Source: Campylobacterota bacterium (GTDB lineage Bacteria > Campylobacterota > Campylobacteria > Campylobacterales > SZUA-545). From it: 36,283 nucleotides of DNA. The stretch spans positions 1-36,283 of the forward strand of contig PWVP01000132.1 in NCBI GenBank assembly GCA_003561815.1, given 5' to 3'. Positions 17,960 through 27,404 of the stretch are shown here, piece by piece (positions within the stretch are counted from its first letter, which is position 1; every line of letters starts with the position of its first letter). Under the pieces are notes generated by a model, which searched no databases, was not told the origin of the DNA, and saw only the letters and a list, made by a program, of their open reading frames with translations. Position numbers and translations under genes: made by a program.

Positions 17960-18709
17960 ATGAAAGTGCGGATTATCGGAGGCGGTCACATGGGCTCAGC
18001 CATCTACGGCGGGCTTAAAGGGGCTCATAGCCTCACCGTCGTCGAAAAGAGCGAGGAGCAGAAGGCGCGTCTCAAAGCCCGCTTTGGGTCGGTGGCGTTT
18101 GTCGAGGCGCAGACGCCGGTAGAAAAAGACGAGATTGTTATCCTGGCCATTAAGCCTCAGGTGTTTGAGAAGGTCTCACTCCAGGGCGAGCCGGAGGGGA
18201 TTATCTCCATCATGGCGGGGGTGACGCTCGATCGGATTCGCGCCCACTTTCGGGCCAGGCACTTCGTGCGGGTGATGCCCAATCTGGCTGCACTCAACGG
18301 CCGCTCCGCCTCGGTGCTCACCGGCGATGAACCGCTTAAAGAGCGGGCACTTGAGCTGGTGGGCGCGATCGGCTCTGCGCTCTGGCTGGAGAGTGAGCGG
18401 GAGCTGGATATCGCCACCGCGCTGGCTGGAAGCGGGCCGGGCTATCTCGCGCTTATCGCTGAAGCGCTGGCCAACGGTGCCGTACGGCAGGGGCTGAGCA
18501 ACGAGCGGGCCCACGCCCTGACCGCCGCCCTTTTTGGGGGGATGGAGGGGCTTTTAGAGCAGAACCACCCAGCACAGCTTAAGGAGATGGTCTGCTCACC
18601 GGGGGGCACCACCATCGCCGGCATAGAGGTGCTGGAGAAGCGGGCGGTGCGCGCGGCGGTGATGGAGGCGCTAGAGGCCGCCTTTAAGCGCACGCAAGCG
18701 CTGGCCTAA
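17960..18709 (+). CDS. proC: pyrroline-5-carboxylate reductase
   Basis: Rossmann N-terminus VRIIGGGHMGSAI and a C-terminal dimerisation-domain motif SPGGTTIAGIEVLE. Confidence 0.9.
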   Translation: MKVRIIGGGHMGSAIYGGLKGAHSLTVVEKSEEQKARLKARFGSVAFVEAQTPVEKDEIVILAIKPQVFEKVSLQGEPEGIISIMAGVTLDRIRAHFRARHFVRVMPNLAALNGRSASVLTGDEPLKERALELVGAIGSALWLESERELDIATALAGSGPGYLALIAEALANGAVRQGLSNERAHALTAALFGGMEGLLEQNHPAQLKEMVCSPGGTTIAGIEVLEKRAVRAAVMEALEAAFKRTQALA

Positions 18710-20514
18710 AACCAGAGGGTGTTGCGGCTTAAGAGCTGGCGGTTTTTTGAGTAGAGCTCATGAAAGCGCCCGGTGATGCGCCCTAGCACCCCGATGGTGT
18801 CCACCGCAAAGGCGCCCTTGTTGAGCATCACGCACTCGGCTCTGGATCCCATTGCCGCATCGGTAATCTCCGCGCGGCTAGGGAGGTTGCTCTTCATCTG
18901 GCTCTCAAGCACCTGTGTGGCCCAGATGACCGGCAGATGCGCAGCGGTGCAGATATCCAGTATCTCCTCTTGAAGCCATGCAAGGTTCTCAAACCCCATC
19001 TCGATCGCCAAATCCCCTCGAGCGATCATCACCCCCGCCGGGCGTTTGGCGCCAATAAGCGCCTCTAAAATCTCCGGCAGGGCACACACCCCCTTTTGGG
19101 TTTCGATTTTGGCCACGATACCGGTCGTCTCGCACCCCATCTCTGTAAGTTTACGATCGAGTGCACGGACATCCTCGCCACACTGGGTGAAGGAGAGGCC
19201 AATCATATCAGCATACGCCGCCACCGCCTCCAAAGCGGCACTATCGGCCCGACTCATCGCCGCAATCGGCAGGGCGGTATCGGGCAGGTTGATCCCCTTC
19301 TCCTCTTTGATCACCGTTCCGGTGGGCCTGGCATGAAACACCTCGCACAGCAGCCGATCGCCTGCGCGCTCTAGCACCCTCGCCCCCAGCTTCCCATCGT
19401 CGATAAAGAGCCGATCGCCAGGGATGACAAAGCTGATCGCCGCCTGATGGGTACAGCCGATCGAAGCGAGCTCTTCTATCTGCCCCTCCTCATCGAAGCG
19501 CGCCGCGTGGCCTAAAGTGCTCTCAGGGGTCAGATAGAAGCGATCGCCCACAAAGAGCCGTATCACCTCCGGCTGCGCCTGAAGATGGTGCAGCACTGTC
19601 TGCTCTTTTGTGGCTTTTAGCCTCAGACGGCTTTTAGGGCCCAGCAGGAGCTTCGTATCGACCCGGGCCAACCACCCCTGCTCACAGGGCTCAATCACCT
19701 CGATAAACCCCTTTTTGCCACGGATATCGCGCACCTTGATCCGCGCTCCGGCATGGCACGCACTTAAAAAGGTCTCATCCACGGCCAGTTGAGCCGCTAC
19801 CCTCTCGGTGGTCTTAGGCGATTTGTACTGTGGAGAGCTGTCCTGCTTTGAATCGACCAGAAAGAGAGGCTGCGCTTGAGTGTTAGAGCCCACCCGCAAT
19901 GGTGCAATCTCTCGCGCAATAGCACCGGTACGGATCTTAGGCCCGCAGAGATCGACATAGATGCGCAGCCGATCCGTCTCCTGGCGATCGCTATTGAGCT
20001 GACTGACCACTGCCGCCATCGCCCCCCACACCGGCGGCGAATCGTGCGCGGCGTTGATGCGAAAGAGGTGCACCCCGGCCCTGGCCAGCTTACCAATCAG
20101 CTCACCCCCACCCTCGGCGGCATCAAAGGGGAGGGTAACCATCACCCGCGTGGTGCTCGCACCGGTCAGACTGCGATCACACCCGCCCAGAAGGGCCGAT
20201 CGGCGCTGCTCTATCCCCTCACGGGCGGCCACAATCGCCCGGCGGTGGTTGCCATCGACCGGCTCACCCATTGCCGAGGAGAGCATCGCGTGGATATTGG
20301 CCACCGAGGCCTCAATATGGGCGAAGCTTCGCCCCAACGAGGAGAGGCCCAACAAAAAGAGCTTCTCCTGCAGCTCGCGACGATCCGCGCTTCGCAAAAT
20401 CAGATAGTGGCGGAGGTTGTCCAGGGCGGGATCCTCTGACGGTTTAAGGGCGCGGAAGGCCTGCAGCAGCTCTGTCAGCCCAAGAAGCGCCTCTTTTTGA
20501 AGCTGTAGGGACAT
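18706..20514 (-). CDS. atypical pyruvate kinase-family protein (N-terminal extension, enlarged B domain, no C domain)
   Basis: Pyruvate-kinase barrel motifs are present: FRINAAHD (cf. RLNFSHG), DLCGPKIRTG (cf. DTKGPEIRTG), AKIETQKG, MIARGDLAIE, WATQVLESQ and PSRAEITDAA. The domain layout is non-canonical. Confidence 0.75.
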   Translation of the reverse strand: MSLQLQKEALLGLTELLQAFRALKPSEDPALDNLRHYLILRSADRRELQEKLFLLGLSSLGRSFAHIEASVANIHAMLSSAMGEPVDGNHRRAIVAAREGIEQRRSALLGGCDRSLTGASTTRVMVTLPFDAAEGGGELIGKLARAGVHLFRINAAHDSPPVWGAMAAVVSQLNSDRQETDRLRIYVDLCGPKIRTGAIAREIAPLRVGSNTQAQPLFLVDSKQDSSPQYKSPKTTERVAAQLAVDETFLSACHAGARIKVRDIRGKKGFIEVIEPCEQGWLARVDTKLLLGPKSRLRLKATKEQTVLHHLQAQPEVIRLFVGDRFYLTPESTLGHAARFDEEGQIEELASIGCTHQAAISFVIPGDRLFIDDGKLGARVLERAGDRLLCEVFHARPTGTVIKEEKGINLPDTALPIAAMSRADSAALEAVAAYADMIGLSFTQCGEDVRALDRKLTEMGCETTGIVAKIETQKGVCALPEILEALIGAKRPAGVMIARGDLAIEMGFENLAWLQEEILDICTAAHLPVIWATQVLESQMKSNLPSRAEITDAAMGSRAECVMLNKGAFAVDTIGVLGRITGRFHELYSKNRQLLSRNTLWF

Positions 20515-20578
20515 CGGTTTGCCTTTTGGATTTAAAAGGGGTGTATCCTAAAGAGAGGAGGTGACAATCCGAAGACGG

Positions 20579-21577
20579 CTAGTCGCCGGCAAAGTCAAGC
20601 AGGGCGCTACCCCAGGTCAGGCCGCCGCCAAAGGCGTCCAGCAGGAGGCGATCGCCTTTTTTAAGGCGGCCCGCCTCATAGAGGTCATTGAGCGCCATCG
20701 GGATGGAGGCGGCGGAGGTGTTGCCATATTTGGCCACGGTCATCACCACCTGCTCTTCGCTCAACCCCAGCGCATCGCCTACCGCCTTGATAATGCGGTA
20801 GTTGGCCTGATGGGGAACGAAGTGTTTAATCTCTGAGGCGCTCACACCGTTTCGTGCCAGAATCGTCTGCACATCCTGCGTGAGCGTCTTGACCGCCACC
20901 TTGAAGGTCTCATTGCCCCGCATCTGCATAAATTGGCAGTGCGCCTTATCCAGCGCGCCGTGTGCCGGATGGCGGCTGCCGCCACCGGGGGTGATCAAGA
21001 AGTCCTGAAACTCCCCATCGGCACCGATCTTGACATCGACCACCCGGTTTTCAGGGCTCTCGCTGGCGCGAATCACCGCAGCACCGGCCCCATCCCCAAA
21101 GAGTATGCAGGTGCCGCGATCGGTGTAGTCCACAAAGCGGCTTAGCGCCTCTGCCCCCACAATCAGCACGCAGCGGGCCATCCCCGACTCGATATAGGCT
21201 TTGGCACTCGAGAGGGCGTAGATAAAGCCGCTACAGGCCGCAAGCACATCAAGCGCCCCTACCCCCTTGATGCCCAGCCGATGGGCCAATACGCAAGCGG
21301 TAGAGGGCATAAAGAGGTAGTCTCCCGAGATGGAGGCGACAATCACAAGATCGATCGCCTCGGGCCCCACCCCGGCACGCTCCATCGCCTGCTTGGCGGC
21401 GTGGTAGGCCAGATCGCTGGTCGCCTCATCCTCTGCAGCGATGTGGCGCGTCTGGATACCGGTGCGTTTGGTGATCCACTCATCGGTGGTATCGACCATC
21501 CTCTCCAGATCGCGGTTGCTCAGGGTCTTTTCAGGGACATAGGCGCCCACCGAGACCATCTGAGCATAGGGGCGCAT
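20579..21577 (-). CDS. fabH: 3-oxoacyl-ACP synthase III
   Basis: Active-site Cys in LAACSGFIYAL, HQANYRI, and GNTSAASIP. ATG 21577 (or GTG 21580) overlaps the plsX stop. Confidence 0.93.
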   Translation of the reverse strand: MRPYAQMVSVGAYVPEKTLSNRDLERMVDTTDEWITKRTGIQTRHIAAEDEATSDLAYHAAKQAMERAGVGPEAIDLVIVASISGDYLFMPSTACVLAHRLGIKGVGALDVLAACSGFIYALSSAKAYIESGMARCVLIVGAEALSRFVDYTDRGTCILFGDGAGAAVIRASESPENRVVDVKIGADGEFQDFLITPGGGSRHPAHGALDKAHCQFMQMRGNETFKVAVKTLTQDVQTILARNGVSASEIKHFVPHQANYRIIKAVGDALGLSEEQVVMTVAKYGNTSAASIPMALNDLYEAGRLKKGDRLLLDAFGGGLTWGSALLDFAGD

Positions 21578-22602
21578 CACGCCTGCTCCTCCCGTTTTGG
21601 CGGCGTAGCGCGGTAGCGATCCAGGTAGGCGACGATCTGATCGTTTACCCCCGACTCGGTAAAGCGGATCGCCTGCATGATGGCGTTTTTGATCGCTTTA
21701 GGGTTGCTTTTGCCGTGGCTGATAATGGAGCAGCCATTGACCCCGATCAGAGGCGCGCCGCCATACTCGGCATAGTCCATGTCCTTTTTTAACCCCTTAA
21801 AAGCGCTACGCATTAGAGCAGCACCCAGAAGGCTCATCAAAGAGCGCTTGGTGTGGCGCTTGAGCACATCCACCATCGCATCGGCCACCCCTTCGCCGGT
21901 CTTGAGCAGCACATTGCCCACAAAGCCGTCACACACCACCACATCGACGCTGCCTTTGAAGATATCGCCCCCTTCGACATTGCCGATAAAGTTAAAGTCG
22001 GGAAGCTCTTTGAGCAGGCCGTGGGTCTCTTTAACCAGCCGATCGCCCTTGCTGGGCTCCTCGCCATTGGCCAGCAGCCCCACGCGGGGGCGCTCCTGGC
22101 GGAGCACATTGGTCGCATACGCTTTGCCCATCACCGCAAACTGCACCAGGTGCTTCGCCTCGCTATCGACATTGGCGCCGACATCGAGCACTAGAGAGTG
22201 TTTGCCGTCTGTGGTGGTGGGCATTAGGGTAGCGATTGCCGGGCGCATCACCCCGGGCAGTCGTCCGATTCGTAGTGTTGAGAGGCTCATGCTCGCACCG
22301 CTGTGGCCCGCTGAGACCACCGCATGCGCTTCGTTTTTGGCCACCAGATCGACCGCTTTATAGATGGAGCTCTCCTTGCGCCGTAGCGCGTCGGTAGCCC
22401 CCTCATGCATGCCGATCACATCGTGCGCCTCCACGATGATCGCCCGGCGCTTGAGCGCCTCGTTCAGGTGCGGCTCAATCTCCGATCGACGCCCCACCAG
22501 AATCGGCTCATAGGAGCACTCCTCCAGTGCGAGTGCGCACCCCTGAACGATAGGCTCCGGACCGAAATCGCCGCCCATCGCATCGATGGCAACCTTGACC
22601 AT
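21577..22602 (-). CDS. plsX: phosphate acyltransferase PlsX
   Basis: MVKVAIDAMGGDFGPEP N-terminus, VGANVD, and GFVGNVLLK. Classic rpmF-plsX-fabH order. Confidence 0.93.
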   Translation of the reverse strand: MVKVAIDAMGGDFGPEPIVQGCALALEECSYEPILVGRRSEIEPHLNEALKRRAIIVEAHDVIGMHEGATDALRRKESSIYKAVDLVAKNEAHAVVSAGHSGASMSLSTLRIGRLPGVMRPAIATLMPTTTDGKHSLVLDVGANVDSEAKHLVQFAVMGKAYATNVLRQERPRVGLLANGEEPSKGDRLVKETHGLLKELPDFNFIGNVEGGDIFKGSVDVVVCDGFVGNVLLKTGEGVADAMVDVLKRHTKRSLMSLLGAALMRSAFKGLKKDMDYAEYGGAPLIGVNGCSIISHGKSNPKAIKNAIMQAIRFTESGVNDQIVAYLDRYRATPPKREEQA

Positions 22603-22612
22603 TGGCCGCGGA

Positions 22613-22762
22613 CTACTTCTCGCCGCAGCTAGGGCAGGTGTGGTGGGTCAGTTTATAGGCCCCACAGCTTGCACACTTGACCGGGGTCTTGAGTGTGATG
22701 TTGTAGTGGGTTCGGCGTTTAGCCGCGCGGGCGTGGGACACCCTTCTCTTTGGTACTGCCAT
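22613..22762 (-). CDS. rpmF: 50S ribosomal protein L32
   Basis: Not in the ORF track (49 aa). My translation is [58 protein letters not shown] lies upstream; position is between yceD and plsX. Confidence 0.9.
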   Translation of the reverse strand: MAVPKRRVSHARAAKRRTHYNITLKTPVKCASCGAYKLTHHTCPSCGEK

Positions 22763-22763
22763 A

Positions 22764-23165
22764 TCAATCTCCTTCGTTTATTTCAACTGGTTCGTCTCCC
22801 GCACAATCGGGACAGTGGTGGTAGCCGCACCGATACGCCTCTTTCTCGCTCTGAAGCAGAAAGGCGGCATCGATGCGACCACCGGGCATCTCGACAACGG
22901 GCCAGGGCAACGGCTGCTGATCGTCTGGCTCATAGAGGCGATCGCTCAGAAGCAGCTCCACCGGCTCGTTAATCGTGCTGACCCACTCCGCACCGCAGCG
23001 ATCGCACACCAGACTCAGGTGTCCTGAAAGCTGCGCCGTGAGGCGGATAAGTCCCCCTTTATGGTGAGCAAGCGTCCCCTCCAGCCTCAGCTCATGGCCC
23101 GCCTCCTCTTCAGAGGCGTTGAGGGCAAGGGGCTCGGTGCCCACCCTTTGAAAGGGGATATTCAT
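22764..23165 (-). CDS. yceD: YceD/DUF177 family protein
   Basis: CDRC motif ([10 protein letters not shown]) plus a C-terminal Cys pair (HHCPDC). Canonical position immediately upstream of rpmF. Confidence 0.8.
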   Translation of the reverse strand: MNIPFQRVGTEPLALNASEEEAGHELRLEGTLAHHKGGLIRLTAQLSGHLSLVCDRCGAEWVSTINEPVELLLSDRLYEPDDQQPLPWPVVEMPGGRIDAAFLLQSEKEAYRCGYHHCPDCAGDEPVEINEGD

Positions 23166-23581
23166 TAGAGGATCTCAAACTCCGCAAAGAACTGGCTGAT
23201 CTCGAGTGCCGCATTCTCGGCGCTGTCGCTGCCGTGCACCGCATTGGCGTCGATGCTCTCGGCAAAGTCGGCGCGGATGGTGCCCGCCGCCGCCTCTTTG
23301 GGGTTGGTCGCCCCCATCAGTTCGCGGTTTTTAGCGACGGCGTTATCCCCTTCGAGCACCATCACCACCACCGGGCCGCTGGTCATAAAGCCCACCAGCT
23401 CCCCGAAGAAGGGGCGCTCACGGTGGATCGCATAGAACTGCTCTGCCATCGCGCGGCTTAGCTGAACTTTTTTCATCGCCGCAATCCGCAGATCGTTAGA
23501 CTCAAAACGGTCCACAATCTTACCGATCACGCCTTTGCTGACCGCATCGGGTTTAATAATCGAAAGGGTTCTCTCTGCCAT
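23165..23581 (-). CDS. ndk: nucleoside diphosphate kinase
   Basis: [12 protein letters not shown], and active-site His in NAVHGSDS. 138 aa. Confidence 0.95.
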   Translation of the reverse strand: MAERTLSIIKPDAVSKGVIGKIVDRFESNDLRIAAMKKVQLSRAMAEQFYAIHRERPFFGELVGFMTSGPVVVMVLEGDNAVAKNRELMGATNPKEAAAGTIRADFAESIDANAVHGSDSAENAALEISQFFAEFEIL

Positions 23582-23632
23582 CTTCGCTCCTGTCTTTAGC
23601 TATAAAATTTTCCTCAGAAAATAAGGCGCAGG

Positions 23633-23661
23633 ATTATACAGAAATTTTTCTCTTTTTGCAA
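23633..23661 (-). promoter_or_regulatory. consensus-like sigma70 promoter for ndk
   Basis: On the minus strand: TTGCAA (23661-23656), a 17-nt spacer, then TATAAT (23638-23633). The ~45-nt leader ends in an AGGAG RBS before ATG 23581. Confidence 0.55.
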
Positions 23662-23722
23662 GCTAAGGGGTGAACAAGGAGGGGTGTGAAGCGACCGGAT
23701 CGGCGCGATCCGGCCAGAAACT

Positions 23723-23977
23723 TTAGGCGATAACCGCTTCGCCTTCGGGCTTGCCTTGTTTGTTGCCTGCAGCCCAGACAATGCAGTCCTCGGTGGGGCA
23801 GGCCGCTGCACAAGCGGGCTCGTCGTGGTGGCCCTCACACTCTACACACTTGTCTGCGTAGACATAGTAGATGTCGGTTCCCTCCGGGTTGTCGCTATCA
23901 TCTACGATCGCCTCGGTGGGGCACTCGTCGATACAGGCACCGCAGTTAATACAGGTGTCGGTAATTTTAACCGCCAT
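23723..23977 (-). CDS. 2[4Fe-4S] ferredoxin, Allochromatium-type (YfhL-like)
   Basis: CINCGACIDECP cluster motif plus the extended second motif CVECEGHHDEPACAAACP, typical of Alvin-type ferredoxins. ATG 23977 is preceded by AAAGAGG. Confidence 0.85.
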   Translation of the reverse strand: MAVKITDTCINCGACIDECPTEAIVDDSDNPEGTDIYYVYADKCVECEGHHDEPACAAACPTEDCIVWAAGNKQGKPEGEAVIA

Positions 23978-24051
23978 GATTGACCTCTTTGAAGTGGTTT
24001 CCACGCCGCCGATGCGGGTGCGAGCAAACTTTAGCCGATCTGCTCTTAACC

Positions 24052-25200
24052 TCAGTTAAGGGCGGCACGGATCGCCTCAACCTTATCGGTCTGCTCCCAG
24101 ACAAACCCCTCGTTCTCGCGCCCAAAGTGGCCGTAGGCGGCGCTTTTGTAGTATTGCGGTCGCTTTAGATCCAGCATTGCAATCATCCCGGCCGGATCGA
24201 GGGGGAAGATGGCCCGCACCGCCTGGATAATCCGCTCAGGATCGACCGTGTGGGTGCCGTGGGTGTCGATATCGAGCGCCACCGGCTCGCTGATACCGAT
24301 CACATAGCTGATCGCCACACTCACCCGGCGGCACACCCCCGCTTCGACCAGATTTTTGGCGATATAGCGCGCCATATAGGCGCCACTGCGATCGACTTTG
24401 GTGCCATCTTTTCCACTAAAGGCCCCGCCGCCATGCGGACAGGCGCCGCCGTAGCTATCGACGATGTTCTTTCGCCCGGTCAGGCCCGTATCCGCCTGCG
24501 GCCCGCCAATCACAAAGAGGCCGGTGGGGTTAATCGCCTGGCTAAACCCCTCTGCGCGCAGCTCTTGATCAATCACCGCATCGATCACCTCCGCAGCAAT
24601 CCCCTCGCGAAGCCGCTCGGTCTTAACACTGCGCGCGTGGTGGCTCGAGACGGTCACATGGCGCACCCCGATGGGGCGATCCCCCTCATAGGCTATCACC
24701 ACCTGCGCTTTTCCGTCGGGGCAGAGGTAGGGCAAAATCCCCTCTTTGCGCACCCGGGCCAGTCGCCGGGTGAGCCGGTGGGCGAGCAAGATTGCCAGGG
24801 GCATCCGCTCGGGGGTCTCATCGCAGGCGTAGCCGTAAACCGTCCCCTGATCTCCAGCACCCAGGGTGCCATCCTTATGGGCCACCCCCTGAGCGATATC
24901 GGGGCTCTGTTCGCCCACCGCCAGCAGCACCCCCGCACTGCGGTAGTCAAAGCCGAAGCTGCCATCGGTGTAGCCGATCTCGCGGATGGTATTGCGGGCA
25001 ATCTCGCCAATGGGCGCATACGCGGCGGTGTGGATCTCCCCCCCTACGATACAGAACCCGTTGGAGATCAGAACATCGCACGCCACCCGCGCGTCGGGAT
25101 CCTGTGTCAAAATCGCATCGACCACCGCATCGCTAATCTGATCGGCGATCTTGTCGGGGTGGCCTTCGGTAACCGATTCGGCGGTTATGAGTCGTTGCAT
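24052..25200 (-). CDS. metK: S-adenosylmethionine synthase
   Basis: [23 protein letters not shown] and GGGAFSGKD motifs. ATG 25200 gives 382 aa; the track's 50-aa G/R-rich extension overlaps aroC. Confidence 0.93.
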   Translation of the reverse strand: MQRLITAESVTEGHPDKIADQISDAVVDAILTQDPDARVACDVLISNGFCIVGGEIHTAAYAPIGEIARNTIREIGYTDGSFGFDYRSAGVLLAVGEQSPDIAQGVAHKDGTLGAGDQGTVYGYACDETPERMPLAILLAHRLTRRLARVRKEGILPYLCPDGKAQVVIAYEGDRPIGVRHVTVSSHHARSVKTERLREGIAAEVIDAVIDQELRAEGFSQAINPTGLFVIGGPQADTGLTGRKNIVDSYGGACPHGGGAFSGKDGTKVDRSGAYMARYIAKNLVEAGVCRRVSVAISYVIGISEPVALDIDTHGTHTVDPERIIQAVRAIFPLDPAGMIAMLDLKRPQYYKSAAYGHFGRENEGFVWEQTDKVEAIRAALN

Positions 25201-26279
25201 CCGCGCTCCTTGTAAATAGCTTTGAGGTGATCCATGCGGCTGCCCAGGTTCATCAGGGCCATATCGGCCAGCACCAGCGCCACCATCGCCTCCACCACCG
25301 GTACGGCGCGCACCCCCACACAAGGGTCGTGACGCCCCTGGATCGCACACTCTGCCGGCTTGCCGTGGATATCCACCGTCTGCTGGGGCTTAAAGATGGA
25401 CGGGGTGGGCTTAAAGTGCACCCTCAGCTCCAGATCGGCACCGGTACTCACCCCGGCGAGCACCCCGCCCGCATGGTTGCTCTCAAACCCTTCGGGCGTC
25501 ATGGGATCGTTGTTTTCGCTTCCATGAAGGGTGGCCGCCTGGGTGCCCGCTCCGATCTCCACCGCCTTAGCGGCGTTGATCCCCATCAGCGCACCGGCCA
25601 GGGCGCCATCGAGTTTATCATAGAGCGGCTCACCCAGACCCGCTACCATGCCCGTTGCCCGAGCGGCCACCACCGCACCGATGGAGTCGTGCTGCGCTCT
25701 GGCCTGCTCGATCGCCGCCTTCATCGCCGCCTCTGCATCACCATCCAGAGCGAAAATGGCGCTTTTGGCCGCATGGGCGAAATCGAGCCGCGCCGCCTGC
25801 GCCTGGCCCACTGCCATTAACCCCGCCTCCACCGCAATCCCCAGCTCACGGAGCATCAGCTGTGCGATCGCGCCGGCGGCCACCCGCGCAGCACTTTCGC
25901 GGGCGCTGGTGCGACCGCCGCCACGGTGATCGCGAATGCCATATTTGGCCCACCAGCTAAAGTCGCCGTGGCCGGGGCGGAAGAGATTGCGGATATTTTC
26001 GTAATCTTTGCTTTTAGCCGATCGATTGTAGATGACCAGCGCGATGGGCGCACCGGTGCTGACCCCCTCAAACACACCGCTTAAGATCTCCACCGCATCG
26101 GGCTCGTTTCGTTTGGTGCCGTAGGCGTTTCCGCCGGGGCGACGGCGATCGAGCTGCCGCTGGATATAGTCGGTATCCATCACAAGCCCTGCGGGTACGC
26201 CATCGACCACGCAGCCGATCGCCGCACCGTGCGACTCCCCAAAGGTGCTCATGCTAAAGCGCGTGCCAAAACGGTTCAC
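25185..26279 (-). CDS. aroC: chorismate synthase
   Basis: N-terminus (M)[22 protein letters not shown], and RHDPCV motifs. GTG start overlaps the rnc stop (GTGA). Confidence 0.93.
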   Translation of the reverse strand: MNRFGTRFSMSTFGESHGAAIGCVVDGVPAGLVMDTDYIQRQLDRRRPGGNAYGTKRNEPDAVEILSGVFEGVSTGAPIALVIYNRSAKSKDYENIRNLFRPGHGDFSWWAKYGIRDHRGGGRTSARESAARVAAGAIAQLMLRELGIAVEAGLMAVGQAQAARLDFAHAAKSAIFALDGDAEAAMKAAIEQARAQHDSIGAVVAARATGMVAGLGEPLYDKLDGALAGALMGINAAKAVEIGAGTQAATLHGSENNDPMTPEGFESNHAGGVLAGVSTGADLELRVHFKPTPSIFKPQQTVDIHGKPAECAIQGRHDPCVGVRAVPVVEAMVALVLADMALMNLGSRMDHLKAIYKERGCNDS

Positions 26280-26956
26280 TTCTTCTCCTTTAAAAGCGCC
26301 TGCAGCGCCGCTTTGGCCGCCGCCTGCTGGGCGCTCTTTTTGCTGCCGCCCTTGCCGGTTGCCACCTCCTCATCGGCGATCGAGAGCACAATCTCAAACT
26401 CTTTTTGGTGATCAGGACCCACGGCAGCGACCACCCGGTACTCCGGAATCACCCCAAAGCGCGCCTGCGTCACCTCCTGAAGCCGGGTCTTGTAGTCGGT
26501 GATCAGATCATCGGGCCGAATCTCAGGAAAGCAGCGCTCGAGCACTCTTAGTGCCGCTTTGCGTGCTGGCTGCAGCCCCCCATCGAGATAGATCGCCCCA
26601 ATCACCGCCTCAAAGGCGTTGGAGAGGATAGAGGGCTTATCGCGCCCACGGTTGTGCTCCTCTGCCGCCGAGAGGTGGATATGGCGGCCCAGATGAAGCG
26701 CCTGGGCCAGGCGGGCGAAGGAGCGCTCATTGACCAGCGCCGCGCGCAGCTTGGAGAGATCCCCCTCCGGTGCATCGGGCAGCTTATGGTAGAGGTACTC
26801 CCCCACAATCAGATCCAGCACCGCATCGCCGAGAAACTCCAGCCGCTCATTATCGGCTCCCCCTTTGCAGCTGCGATGCCGCAAAGCGGTCTCCAGAAGT
26901 GCCGGCTTCTCAAACAGATAGCCCACCGCCTGCTGCAGCGTGGCAATGCTCTCCAT
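26276..26956 (-). CDS. rnc: ribonuclease III
   Basis: RNase III signature ERLEFLGDAVLDL and a C-terminal dsRBD (GGSKKSAQQAAAKAAL). Confidence 0.93.
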   Translation of the reverse strand: MESIATLQQAVGYLFEKPALLETALRHRSCKGGADNERLEFLGDAVLDLIVGEYLYHKLPDAPEGDLSKLRAALVNERSFARLAQALHLGRHIHLSAAEEHNRGRDKPSILSNAFEAVIGAIYLDGGLQPARKAALRVLERCFPEIRPDDLITDYKTRLQEVTQARFGVIPEYRVVAAVGPDHQKEFEIVLSIADEEVATGKGGSKKSAQQAAAKAALQALLKEKK

Positions 26957-26978
26957 CCTCTAGACTCCTTCTTCTAAG

Positions 26979-27404
26979 CTAGCGGGCACGAACCGCCTCG
27001 GCCTCAGCTCTGGCGATCGCATCGCACCGCTCGTTCTCCGCATGGCCATCGTGACCGCGCACCCAGTTGGCCTCTACGCGGTGGGGGTGCGCACACACCT
27101 CGTACGCCTGCCAGAGATCGGGGTTTTTCACCCGGGCAAAGTTGCGCTTTCGCCACCCGGCCAGCCACTCGTTGATTCCGCGTACCACATAGGTGCTATC
27201 ACTAAAGAGCGTCACCTCGCACGGCTCTTTGAGCACCTTGAGCGCCTCAATCACCGCCAGAAGCTCCATGCGGTTATTGGTGGTGTGCGCTTCACGCCCC
27301 TTAAGGGTGCGCTCCTTATCGCCATAACGCAAAATCGCGCACCAGCCGCCAGGGCCGGGGTTGCCCAGCGCGCTACCATCAGTAAAAAGCTGCACTGGCT
27401 TCAT
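26979..27404 (-). CDS. rnhA: ribonuclease HI
   Basis: FTDGSALGNPGPGGW, TNNRMEL, and VRGHDGHAENERCD motifs. 141 aa. Confidence 0.93.
   Translation of the reverse strand: MKPVQLFTDGSALGNPGPGGWCAILRYGDKERTLKGREAHTTNNRMELLAVIEALKVLKEPCEVTLFSDSTYVVRGINEWLAGWRKRNFARVKNPDLWQAYEVCAHPHRVEANWVRGHDGHAENERCDAIARAEAEAVRAR

Noticed and set aside
23695-23713. 8-bp GC-rich hairpin CCGGATCG-gcg-CGATCCGG just downstream of the ferredoxin stop, as an intrinsic terminator.
   Set aside because: No U-tract follows it on the minus strand (tcgcttcacaccc). It may still pause or terminate transcription, but I cannot support a terminator call.
23964-23972. A further minus-strand copy of the GGTTAAAAT promoter-like motif.
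   Set aside because: It lies inside the first codons of the ferredoxin gene (ATG GCG GTT AAA ATT = MAVKI), so it is most simply a coding coincidence.
25201-25350. N-terminal extensions in the ORF track: metK (+50 aa), hemB (33043-33258, +72 aa), rsmA (9280-9483, +68 aa), PiT (3411-3476), pyrC (12574-12699), dnaG (28474-28518) and the response regulator (13661-13693).
   Set aside because: The extensions overlap neighbouring genes, lack homology to the respective families, and in several cases skip an internal start that has a good RBS and a canonical family N-terminus.
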